64,000 bases of DNA, from NCBI GenBank assembly GCA_964627525.1, contig CAZVIA010000004.1:1565-65564 (forward strand), read 5' to 3'. Both the position numbers and the translations under genes were made by a program. The first letter of the stretch is position 1, and every line of letters begins with the position of its first letter. This DNA comes from an uncultured Gammaproteobacteria bacterium. Lineage in GTDB: Bacteria > Patescibacteriota > Patescibacteriia > Magasanikbacterales > JBBTQS01. This document shows positions 50,945 to 59,772 of the stretch, piece by piece. Under the pieces are notes generated by a model that saw nothing but the letters and a program-made list of their open reading frames with translations, did no database searches and was not told the origin of the DNA.

Positions 50945-51895
50945 ATGTTTATATTTTTATATGGCAAAGACTCTTATCGTAGTCGTTTGCATTTAGAAAA
51001 AATTAAAAATAAATTTAGCCAAGAGCGCGATCCTCATGGGATGAATGTTGTAGTTGTAAATGCTTTTGAGGAGAATTCTGTTTTTATTAAAGAGCAAGTT
51101 TTAGCGTCTCCTTTTTTGGCGGAAAAAAGAATGGTGGTTTTGCGAAAAATTTTTGAGGCGGAAAAAGATTTTCAAAATTGGATGCAAGAAAAACATGGGG
51201 ATTTATCTGGGCGTGATGATTTAATTTGTGTGGTTTGGTCTGAAAAAGATTCAGTGAAAAAAAGTGAGTTGTTTAATTTGTTGAGTGCAGAAAAGTTTGC
51301 TCAAAAATTTGAATTACCTAAAGGTAAAAAATTGGAAAATTGGATTTTGGGATTGGTTCAGGAATTTGGTGGTGAAATTAATAGTGTGGCTTTGGCAAAA
51401 TTAGTAAATTCTTTTGAAGATGATTTGTGGCAGTTGGCAAATGTGATTCATCAATTGGTAATGTATTGTGACAAGCGTGCGATCACAGATAAAGACGTTG
51501 ATTTATTTGTAAAAGAAAAAGTTGACGATGCTATTTTTGCTTTGATGGATGCTTTAACACAAAAAAATAAAGCGCGTGCATTGCAATTGTTACATCAGCA
51601 GTGGAATTTTGGTTCAGAGCCAGGGCAAGTTTTTGGAATGATAGTAAGGCAGTTTAAAATTTTGACGGATTTATATTCTTATCGTCTTGCGAATCCAAAC
51701 TCAACAGAAAAACAAATTGCAAATTCAATTGGGTTACATCCTTTTGTTGTGAAAAAAACTTTACCAATGTTGCGTTCATATAATTTAAAAAATATTGCGC
51801 AAATTCAACACATACTTTTAGAAATTGATCGTAAAATCAAAACAGGAGCTGGTCAAATGACCGAGCTCCTGGATTGGTTGGTTGTGGCAGTCTAG
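50945..51895 (+). CDS. holA: DNA polymerase III delta subunit
   Basis: FLYGKD, PFLAEKRMVV, LHPFVVKK, DRKIKTG. Confidence 0.9.
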   Translation: MFIFLYGKDSYRSRLHLEKIKNKFSQERDPHGMNVVVVNAFEENSVFIKEQVLASPFLAEKRMVVLRKIFEAEKDFQNWMQEKHGDLSGRDDLICVVWSEKDSVKKSELFNLLSAEKFAQKFELPKGKKLENWILGLVQEFGGEINSVALAKLVNSFEDDLWQLANVIHQLVMYCDKRAITDKDVDLFVKEKVDDAIFALMDALTQKNKARALQLLHQQWNFGSEPGQVFGMIVRQFKILTDLYSYRLANPNSTEKQIANSIGLHPFVVKKTLPMLRSYNLKNIAQIQHILLEIDRKIKTGAGQMTELLDWLVVAV

Positions 51896-51897
51896 TA

Positions 51898-52389
51898 CTA
51901 CACTCTAAGAATTGGGTCAAAGCGTGCTACAAACTCAAAATCAATATAGGGGTTTGTTGTAGCGAACAATTCTTCTTGGAAGTTCAAGAAATTTTTGAGT
52001 TTTGCAGCGACACTAGTGGCGGTTCTGTAAAAAACAGTATAGCTGTCACTGGCTTTCAGGCAAGTAAGAGCAAGAACATACCCTCTCCAACAATGCACCT
52101 TCCACTCAACATAATCTACCATTTCAGGTAAGAGCTGTCTGGTCATTTCATAAGTGATAGGATCACCATTCGCACGCCGCTCATCACTTCTATCGTCTCT
52201 AAAAGAAAGGATCTCTTCGTTTTTTACCAAAAACTCAATCCAGCTTTTTGAATCTCCAGGACTGTCTTTTGGATCAGTAGAAAAAAAAGAACTTATTGCA
52301 CAGTGCAGGGCACTTATTTGGTTGTTGAGATAAGCCTTCATAACCCCAAGAACCATTTTTTGCTGTTCAGTCAGTTCTTGTTTTGCCAA
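51898..52389 (-). CDS. Hypothetical protein (orphan)
   Basis: 163 aa, TTG start after AAGGAGG. Confidence 0.65.
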   Translation of the reverse strand: MAKQELTEQQKMVLGVMKAYLNNQISALHCAISSFFSTDPKDSPGDSKSWIEFLVKNEEILSFRDDRSDERRANGDPITYEMTRQLLPEMVDYVEWKVHCWRGYVLALTCLKASDSYTVFYRTATSVAAKLKNFLNFQEELFATTNPYIDFEFVARFDPILRV

Positions 52390-52460
52390 AATAACCCTCC
52401 TTTTTGGCAGGTGTTATAAAATAGATCCCCAATGTCGTGATTTGCTCTGTCTTGTGCTCC

Positions 52461-52724
52461 TTAAGCCAAACTATTCGCCTTTGTCATCACTTTGGACTTT
52501 TGGCGATTAGCTTTGTTTGCTTTGATCACATTAACCTTAGCAGCTTTATCTGAAGCTTTTTGGATTTTCTTAGCTAGAGCTATTGCCTCTGCTTTATCTC
52601 CACGCTCAATAGCTTTGTCAGCTTGCTTCATTAAATACTTCAAGTTTTTCTTGATTGAAGTATTGTGAGCGCTAAGTTTTTTTGATTTTCGCAATTCTTT
52701 CATTGCGGAAGGTTTGTTCGGCAT
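52461..52724 (-). CDS. rpsT: 30S ribosomal protein S20
   Basis: MPNKPSAMK.., DKAAK..IKANKANRQKS. Confidence 0.93.
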   Translation of the reverse strand: MPNKPSAMKELRKSKKLSAHNTSIKKNLKYLMKQADKAIERGDKAEAIALAKKIQKASDKAAKVNVIKANKANRQKSKVMTKANSLA

Positions 52725-52769
52725 AAATATTGTTTTTAGTGTGACAAAAATATAGCAAAAGCGTGAAAA

Positions 52770-53855
52770 TTAGTCAAGTAGCTTGTTTTGACTACCACTT
52801 GCCATCTCAAGTTTATCATCAAATTTTTCTAGACGTTTTTCACCTTCTGTAAAACTTTTATTAGCATGAGTTAAATGTCCACCTAAGACTCTGTATTGTT
52901 CTGAAAACTTATCAAAGTCACCTCTCAATCGTCCCAAGTGATTTAAAATCTCTTTTGCACTTGATTCAACTTCCATTCCTTTTAATCCTAATAAAATAGT
53001 TTGTAAATAAGAATAAAAAGAATTTGGAGAAACAGGAATTACTCGTTTGTCCAAAGCATAAGTCATCAGACCTTCTCCTTCTTCATCTTTTATAATTATT
53101 TCGTAATAAACATTTTCAGCAGGAATATACATTAATGCAAAATCTAAAGTACCTTCATCTGGCAAAATATATTTTGTTGCAATTTCATCAATGCGTTTTT
53201 TAACATCTTTTGAAAACTCTTTTTTGTGTTTGCGCTGGTCTGGCTCATCTGCCTCAATCATTTTTTTGAAGTTTTCTAAAGGGAATTTTGCATCAATTGG
53301 GATTATAACCCCGTCTCTTAACTGTATAATGGCATCAACCACTTCTCTGCTTTTAAAAATATGCTGAAGTTTAAAATTTTTGTTTGGAAGAATTTGTGCT
53401 AATAAATCCCCAAGAAAAAGTTCACCTAAAGCACCGCGAAGTTTTGGAGAGCGAAGAATTTCTTGTAAAGAAGAGATGTCTTTTCCAACATCATAAATTC
53501 TTTTGTTTGCTTCTTCTAGTTGTGTAAGTTTTGAAGTAACACCAACATATGCTTTTGAAGCATGGTCTAATCTTGATCCAATATTTTTTTGCGACTCTTG
53601 TAATAAGCGTGCATTATTATGAAGTTGTTTATTGATTTGTTCTGTTGTTGAGCTAAGTTGATTATAAAAAAGTTGTTTTTGTTCTGAAACTGATTTTGAT
53701 AGATTATCAATGTTTTGTTCTAGTTTGATAACTCTTTCATCGTCTTTTTGGTGTTCAAAACCTTGTAATTTTTTGTTAATAAAGTATAGTATTGAAGAAA
53801 TACCAATCACTAAAACAACAATTATTGTAAAAATAAATCCAAGTTGTGATTCCAT
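52770..53855 (-). CDS. rmuC: DNA recombination protein RmuC
   Basis: KLRGALGE, PIDAKFP, YI..GTLDFALMYIPAE. Confidence 0.93.
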   Translation of the reverse strand: MESQLGFIFTIIVVLVIGISSILYFINKKLQGFEHQKDDERVIKLEQNIDNLSKSVSEQKQLFYNQLSSTTEQINKQLHNNARLLQESQKNIGSRLDHASKAYVGVTSKLTQLEEANKRIYDVGKDISSLQEILRSPKLRGALGELFLGDLLAQILPNKNFKLQHIFKSREVVDAIIQLRDGVIIPIDAKFPLENFKKMIEADEPDQRKHKKEFSKDVKKRIDEIATKYILPDEGTLDFALMYIPAENVYYEIIIKDEEGEGLMTYALDKRVIPVSPNSFYSYLQTILLGLKGMEVESSAKEILNHLGRLRGDFDKFSEQYRVLGGHLTHANKSFTEGEKRLEKFDDKLEMASGSQNKLLD

Positions 53856-53976
53856 ATAGTTTTTGTTTAATGTTTTAGGGTTAGTCAAATATACCACAAA
53901 AAAGAAAAACACTAAAAATTTGAAATATTGTATAGGGGATTAGAGATTAAATTATTGTACGACACCAGAAACATTT

Positions 53977-54048
53977 GCCTTTGTAGTTTAATGGATAAAA
54001 CAAATCCGTCCTAAGGATAAGATGTGGGTTCGATTCCTACCAAGGGCA
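53977..54048 (+). tRNA. tRNA-Arg(CCT)
   Basis: GCCTTTG/CAAGGGC acceptor, CCT anticodon, GTTCGATTC. Confidence 0.9.
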
Positions 54049-54266
54049 CAAATAACTTTTTTAGACTTCCCTACTCTTCAGTGGGGTGGGGATATAGACC
54101 AAAAGACCTGTTTTGAGGTAGGGCATAGAGAGTAGGGGATGAAAAACCATGCTTATTTTTAATAAATAAGATAATAGTGTTTTGTATACACAGGTCTATA
54201 CAAAATAGCTACTTATTAACAAGTTATCCACTTGACACAACATTGATTGGTTGAGATAATAAGATA

Positions 54267-54540
54267 ACGTAATTACTTAAATAAATTTGCCCATGATTTA
54301 AAAACCTTGTACAACTTAGCAAGTACTTTGGAGTGCGGTGCTTATTGGGGAAGTTGAAAGGTTGAAGGTCAGAATTTTTGAAAGATGCTTATATGCTATC
54401 TGAGTTTGATGTTTTGAAAAGTTTCACATGTATGGAATTTTTGCATGGGAGTGCACGAAGTCCTCTTTTAATTGACTAAATATAGATTGTTTCTAGTTTC
54501 GTAAAATATTTTACAGAAGAGTTTAATAAGGGTTTGGCAA
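54267..54540 (+). ncRNA. Structured non-coding transcript candidate
   Basis: TTGACA-17-GATAAT at 54232-54260; nested stems; no ORF. Confidence 0.35.
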
Positions 54541-54611
54541 AGGTTGGGTAAGAGTTTGGTAAAAGTTTACTAAATTTTTATAATCAAGTATAATTTGCTC
54601 ATTCAATATTA

Positions 54612-54683
54612 GGGCTCATGGCTCAATGGTAGAGCGCCTCAATGGCATTGAGGAGGTTGTGAGTTCAAATCTCACTGGGTCCA
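54612..54683 (+). tRNA. tRNA-Ala(GGC)
   Basis: G3-U70 pair, GGC anticodon, GTTCAAATC T-loop. Confidence 0.95.
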
Positions 54684-54685
54684 CT

Positions 54686-55753
54686 ATGTTAAAAATCGGA
54701 ATTATTGGTTTGCCAAATGTTGGGAAATCAACTTTGTTTAATGCTTTAACAAAAAGTAAGCAAGCAGATGCGCAAAATTATCCATTTTGTACCATTGAAC
54801 CAAATATGGGTGTTGTTGAAGTACCTGATGAACGTTTGGAAAAATTAGGTGAAATAAGTAAGTCAGAAAAAATTATTCCAACTACAGTTGAGTTTGTAGA
54901 TATTGCTGGTTTGGTTAAGGGTGCTTCTGAAGGAGAAGGTCTTGGTAATAAGTTTTTGTCGCACATAAGAGAAGTTGATGCAATTGCGCAAGTGGTGAGA
55001 ATTTTTTCAGATAAAAATGTTACTCATGTTCATGACACAATAGATGCTGAACGTGATCTTGAGGTTATTAATTTAGAATTAGCTTTGGCGGATTTGGAAA
55101 CAATTAATAAACAAAAAGATCGTTTGGAAAAAGAAATGAAAGCAGGTACAAGTAGAGAGTTAGAAAAAAAGAAAAAATTAATTGACTTGTTGTGTGAAAA
55201 TCTTGTGCAAGGAAAACCAATTAGGGATTTGGAAATAGAAGATTTGGATGATAAAAAATATTTGAAAAGTTTGCACTTGCTTACAAATAAACCAATGATG
55301 ATAATTGCGAACACAGATGAAATTAATGACACACTTCCAAATTTTCCAGAAAAATATAAAGTTGTGCAGGTTTGTGCAAAGCTTGAACAGGATTTATCTG
55401 AAATGACTGAACAAGAAGCAAAGGAATATTTAAGTGAGCTTGGTATAAAACAAACTGGCTTAGATAAGGTTATTAAAATGGGTTATGATTTATTAAATTT
55501 AATTACATTTTTAACTTCAGGTGAAAAAGAAACTCGCGCGTGGACTGTTCAGTGCACTGCTTTGGCTCCACAAGCTGCTGGAGTAATTCACACTGATTTT
55601 GAAAAAGGTTTTATTAGGGCAGAAATTGCAGACTATGATGATTTTGTAAAATTAAATGGTTGGGTCGGAACAAAAGAAAATGGTAAAATGCGTTTAGAGG
55701 GAAAAGAATATGAAATTAAAGACGGGGACGTTTGTTATTTTCGTGTAGCATAA
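54686..55753 (+). CDS. ychF: Ribosome-binding ATPase YchF
   Basis: GLPNVGKST, NYPFCTIEPN, DIAGLV, GVIHTDF; start corrected to MLKIG. Confidence 0.97.
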   Translation: MLKIGIIGLPNVGKSTLFNALTKSKQADAQNYPFCTIEPNMGVVEVPDERLEKLGEISKSEKIIPTTVEFVDIAGLVKGASEGEGLGNKFLSHIREVDAIAQVVRIFSDKNVTHVHDTIDAERDLEVINLELALADLETINKQKDRLEKEMKAGTSRELEKKKKLIDLLCENLVQGKPIRDLEIEDLDDKKYLKSLHLLTNKPMMIIANTDEINDTLPNFPEKYKVVQVCAKLEQDLSEMTEQEAKEYLSELGIKQTGLDKVIKMGYDLLNLITFLTSGEKETRAWTVQCTALAPQAAGVIHTDFEKGFIRAEIADYDDFVKLNGWVGTKENGKMRLEGKEYEIKDGDVCYFRVA

Positions 55754-55760
55754 ATTTTTT

Positions 55761-56480
55761 ATGGAAAAAATTGAACTTACCCATCATGAAGGTATGGGTA
55801 CTTCTAAGGATACTATTCGTGAAGCAATTTTTGGTTTGGAAGATGGAATTGTTTCAACTTTGGGTGCGGTTGTTGGTATTGCGGTTGGTACACAAAATCA
55901 ATACATAGTTGTTTTATCTGGAATGGTTGTGATTGCTGTTGAAGCTGTATCCATGGCAGCTGGTTCTTATATTTCTTCAAAAACTGAAAGAGATATAAGT
56001 TTGCGCTGGTTAAAAGAAGAAGAATGGGAAATTGAACATGATCGTGAAAGAGAAGTTGAGGAGTTGCGTGAGTGGTATACAGAAAGAGGTTTTAATAAAA
56101 AAGAAGTTGAGATGTTGTTGAATAGGGTTACTTCAGATAAAAAATTATGGCTTGAGGAAATGGCGCATTATGAATTAAAAATTTTTCCAGATGATTTAGA
56201 ACAGCCAACGCGTAATGCGTGGATAATGGGATTGGCTTATATTGTTGGTGGTATTGTTCCAATTACAAGTTTCTTTTTATTGCCTATTGAAACAGCAATT
56301 TGGAGTGCTGTTGGGTGTAGTGCAGTTGCTTTGTTTTTAGTAGGTGCTGCAATTACAAAATTAACTTATCGTAATTGGTTGCGAAGTGGGCTTGAAATGG
56401 TTACAGTTGCAATGGGGGCTGCAGTGGTAGGATTTCTTATTGCGCAATTAGCAGAATTTCTCTTACCACTCTTGCATTAG
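55761..56480 (+). CDS. VIT1/CCC1 metal transporter family
   Basis: IFGLEDGIVS, SMAAGSYIS, multiple TMs. Confidence 0.9.
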   Translation: MEKIELTHHEGMGTSKDTIREAIFGLEDGIVSTLGAVVGIAVGTQNQYIVVLSGMVVIAVEAVSMAAGSYISSKTERDISLRWLKEEEWEIEHDREREVEELREWYTERGFNKKEVEMLLNRVTSDKKLWLEEMAHYELKIFPDDLEQPTRNAWIMGLAYIVGGIVPITSFFLLPIETAIWSAVGCSAVALFLVGAAITKLTYRNWLRSGLEMVTVAMGAAVVGFLIAQLAEFLLPLLH

Positions 56481-57624
56481 GTCTGGAGTAAATTAAATTA
56501 CCTTGTTCAGATAAATGTTTAGAAAATTTTTGTAAAAGTTTTTCAGGAAGTGGTGCAATTTGTTTTGCGCCACTTTTTTTGATTGAAAATTTTATTGATT
56601 CAGGGACAATTAAAACAATTTGTCCGTTTTTTTCTAGAGCACTTAGTAAGTTTGGTATGGTTTTATTAAATAGATTTGTTAAATCAGAATTGATTTTTCT
56701 AAAGTCAGTTTTGTGTGTTGGGCGTGAAGGTCCAAGATAACCTTCTGCAATAATTGCATCTTGTTTTTCAGTTGAAAAAGGAAAAGTTGCGTCGTGTTTG
56801 AATAATTCAACTTTTTCAGAAATATTATTAAACCACATTTGGTCTTTTAACCAATCAATATTTTTTTGTGAATCAGAAATTGCTTTTGCACTAAAGTCTG
56901 AACCTTTAATTTTTTTAACACCCAAACGCATTGCTTCAGTTAAAACTGTTCCACTGCCACAAAAAGGATCTAATAATTTTGTTTCAGTTTGCACATTACC
57001 TAAGTTTAAAATTATTCGCGCAAGTTTTGGTGGTAAAATACCAGACTTATCGTCACGTTCCGGCCTTCCAAAATCAACTCTATTCCACAATTCAAAATTT
57101 TGAACAGATTTAGTAAAACCAATATGTACTTGCTTTTCATCAAAAACCAACACAAACTCCGCGCCTTTTTTTAATAAATTGTTTTTATCTACTTGAACTG
57201 ATGTGAGTGCTCTGTCTTCATTAAAAACTATTCGCGAAGACACACCTTCTTTTTTTAAAAGTTTCTTCATTGTAAAAGCAACTTTTTTTAATTGGGGTAA
57301 TTTGGTTTCAGATAATTGGTAAGGACTTAAGCCAATAATGTTTTTATTATCTTGTTTTTCATTTGAAATATATAATTCAGATAATAACTCGGGTTTTAGT
57401 AAGTTTAAAGAAATTGTTTTAAATATTTCGCCTATTTTTATTGTGCCACCTAATTTATTTTGTAAATATAATAAATCTAACTTTTCTTCAGTGTTAATTA
57501 ATAATATTTCTTCAGAAGTTTGATAATCAAATTTAGTTTTTCCTAAAATGTTTTTTAAAACAACAAAAATTTCAGCAATAGAAATTGCTGGGTGAGTTCC
57601 TAAAACAAAAAAATAAGTTTTCAT
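56437..57624 (-). CDS. SAM-dependent RNA methyltransferase (Trm11/UPF0020-like)
   Basis: LPPKLA, LDPFCGSGT, EGYLGP. Confidence 0.8.
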   Translation of the reverse strand: MKTYFFVLGTHPAISIAEIFVVLKNILGKTKFDYQTSEEILLINTEEKLDLLYLQNKLGGTIKIGEIFKTISLNLLKPELLSELYISNEKQDNKNIIGLSPYQLSETKLPQLKKVAFTMKKLLKKEGVSSRIVFNEDRALTSVQVDKNNLLKKGAEFVLVFDEKQVHIGFTKSVQNFELWNRVDFGRPERDDKSGILPPKLARIILNLGNVQTETKLLDPFCGSGTVLTEAMRLGVKKIKGSDFSAKAISDSQKNIDWLKDQMWFNNISEKVELFKHDATFPFSTEKQDAIIAEGYLGPSRPTHKTDFRKINSDLTNLFNKTIPNLLSALEKNGQIVLIVPESIKFSIKKSGAKQIAPLPEKLLQKFSKHLSEQGNLIYSRPNARVVREILLIAQ

Positions 57625-58067
57625 AAGACGTTTTTTTCTTCTTGCTTGCGAACAGCAATAAATAACCAAATAATTCCAACTATAATTACTATGTCTGCTA
57701 AGTTTCCAACTAATGAACCAACTTTTATGTAGTCTATTGTTGTGTGGTACACAAGTCTGTCTACGACATTACTAAAACCACCTACTAAAATATAAATTAA
57801 AGGTTTGGCAAAATAGATTTTTTTTTCGTACAAAAATTTTATTGTTATTCCAGCAATTCCAAGTACCACAGCTAAAGATAAAATTATCAAAACCATTTCA
57901 GGAACATTTAACCAAATAAAAAGATTTTTGTTTTGCAGTGTTTCAATGCCAAGTGGTCCAAAAGAAAATAACGAGGTGCCTTGGGCAAGCCCCGCTATCT
58001 TCGATTTAATAATTTGATCTATAATAAAAATTATTCCACCAGTTCTTATAACTTTTGTTAAAGTCAT
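57621..58067 (-). CDS. lspA: Signal peptidase II
   Basis: DQIIK, GGFSNVVDR, IDY, NLAD. Confidence 0.85.
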   Translation of the reverse strand: MTLTKVIRTGGIIFIIDQIIKSKIAGLAQGTSLFSFGPLGIETLQNKNLFIWLNVPEMVLIILSLAVVLGIAGITIKFLYEKKIYFAKPLIYILVGGFSNVVDRLVYHTTIDYIKVGSLVGNLADIVIIVGIIWLFIAVRKQEEKNVL

Positions 58068-58069
58068 AA

Positions 58070-58444
58070 TTAAATTTCCTGTGTCAAAGTTTTTTTGCAA
58101 GCAACACAAGCACCTGATGTTGGGCGAGCGCGTAAACGATTTTCAGGAATAGGTTCTTTGCAATACTTACAAATACCATAATCACCTGCATCAATTTTCT
58201 TTATTGAACTATTGATGTCACGTAATTCTTTTTCTAAAGTTTCTTCTAAGCGCAAATTAGTTTCATAAGTTGCAACCTCTTCTGCATTTTCCTCTTCTTT
58301 ATCTCCGTAATCTGGAAATTTTGATTTAAAATCATCTTCACTAACTCGATTAGCAAATTTTGACAATTCTTTTTCAATTTTTTGCTTTTGTTCAAGCAAA
58401 CCTTGTTTAATCTCCTCAATTAAATCTTTTGATATATCAGTCAT
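58070..58444 (-). CDS. TraR/DksA C4 zinc-finger protein
   Basis: YGICKYC..I..RL.ARP...CVAC, acidic coiled coil. Confidence 0.9.
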   Translation of the reverse strand: MTDISKDLIEEIKQGLLEQKQKIEKELSKFANRVSEDDFKSKFPDYGDKEEENAEEVATYETNLRLEETLEKELRDINSSIKKIDAGDYGICKYCKEPIPENRLRARPTSGACVACKKTLTQEI

Positions 58445-58484
58445 ATTATTCTGGTTATGAATTGATTGTATCAGAAATTTGAGT

Positions 58485-58902
58485 AAAACAAAAGAGCTCA
58501 GACGAGACCCTAGGTTATAGTTTTGGCTGTGCTGAGCTCTGTTTCAGATACTTCTGATCCAGAGCCGATGGTGAACTCTATGTACTTACGTTACGCAAAT
58601 ACGTACAGGCCACCATCAGGACTAGAATACCCCGAAGAATCCGATGTTGTAATGAACTTCTTCACCATTCAAACGTGTTGATCCAAGCGCTCTCTACCCG
58701 TAGGGAAAGCAATAGGACACATGGAGAGTTGTTTCGTATCAAACTACAGACCGCAGATGACACTAGACTTTTATTTTGGTTTTAACCTCCGATGAATAGT
58801 AAAAAAGAAGAGGATGATTCGATCGAAATACGTCTTAGTTTTTCCAGCACCTCCTTTATTTTTTAATGCTGCAAAATGCGTACTCGTAGTTAAAAGATCT
58901 GT
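58485..58902 (-). ncRNA. Large structured RNA candidate (about 415 nt)
   Basis: Perfect TTGACA-17-TATAAT at 58907-58935; many stems; AGAGCTCAG/CTGAGCTCT plus U tract at 3' end. Confidence 0.5.
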
Positions 58903-58940
58903 GTATATTATAGCACAAAAAAGTGGTTTTGTCAACTTTC

Positions 58941-59094
58941 TGTGGAAAAGTCTTTTTTGAAGCTAAATTAAGCTAAAAATTTTTCTTTTTCAAAAAAATT
59001 TTGTATACACCTGTGTATACAAAATAGTGTTGATTTTCTAAAATTCACTATTTATCCACACATATCCACAGGTTTGTCCACAGACTGTGGACAA
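58941..59094. promoter_or_regulatory. DnaA-box cluster outside oriC
   Basis: TGTGGAAAA 58941, TTATCCACA 59052, ATATCCACA 59062, TTGTCCACA 59074, TGTGGACAA 59086. Confidence 0.7.
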
Positions 59095-59184
59095 CTTGGA
59101 TAATTTTAAAAAAAATTGTTTAAAATAAGCAAAAACCACACGAACGTTATGTAAGTGTGGCTTGCGTTGGGTTGCGAGCAAGTC

Positions 59185-59544
59185 TTAGTACAGCAAGTGC
59201 TTTGCAAGTGTGACTGCAGCTGCAAAAGCAAAGATCCATGTAGAGCAAAACACCACAACATGTGGCTTGAACACATGTTTCCAAGGTACTTTTGCTCCGC
59301 CTCGGATCCAGTGGTTTGTGCCCCCAACATCATACATGATGCAGCTCAGAGCAATGACTGCACCAATCGGACCTGCTACACCAAATGACCAAAGTGTGAT
59401 CATCTCGAAGTTTTTGGTACTCATGGTCTCCCAAGGTACACCATAGCTTCCAGATGCCGCGTAGGAAAGCCATGCACCAAGAGCAACTGCTCCAAGGGCA
59501 GAAACTACAATGACCAAAGCCTTGATTTGTTGCCGAATTGGCAT
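59185..59544 (-). CDS. Small membrane protein (3 TM, orphan)
   Basis: GGAGG SD, TTGACA-17-TAGTAT promoter, hydrophobic segments. Confidence 0.7.
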   Translation of the reverse strand: MPIRQQIKALVIVVSALGAVALGAWLSYAASGSYGVPWETMSTKNFEMITLWSFGVAGPIGAVIALSCIMYDVGGTNHWIRGGAKVPWKHVFKPHVVVFCSTWIFAFAAAVTLAKHLLY

Positions 59545-59660
59545 GTTTTCCTCCGTTTCTGGGGTTTTCTAGCTTCTGCAACCAGCAGACGCTAAGATAG
59601 CATACTAGCATAAATAAAGTATTTTGTCAAGTGATAATTTGGTTTATTTAGCTAAAATAA

Positions 59661-59692
59661 GCAAAAAACTGGCACTTAGGCCAGTTTTTTGC
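59661..59692. terminator. Intrinsic terminator downstream of pnp
   Basis: GCAAAAAACTGGC-6 nt-GCCAGTTTTTTGC. Confidence 0.7.
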
Positions 59693-59772
59693 TTGAAAAA
59701 TATTTTTTTCAACAGTAGGTTCAACACTGAATTCAACAATAAATTTAGCAGTAAAATTAATTTTTTACAAAA

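Noticed and set aside
54626-54685. N-terminal extension of YchF
   Set aside because: Lies inside tRNA-Ala; the conserved YchF start is MLKIG at 54686
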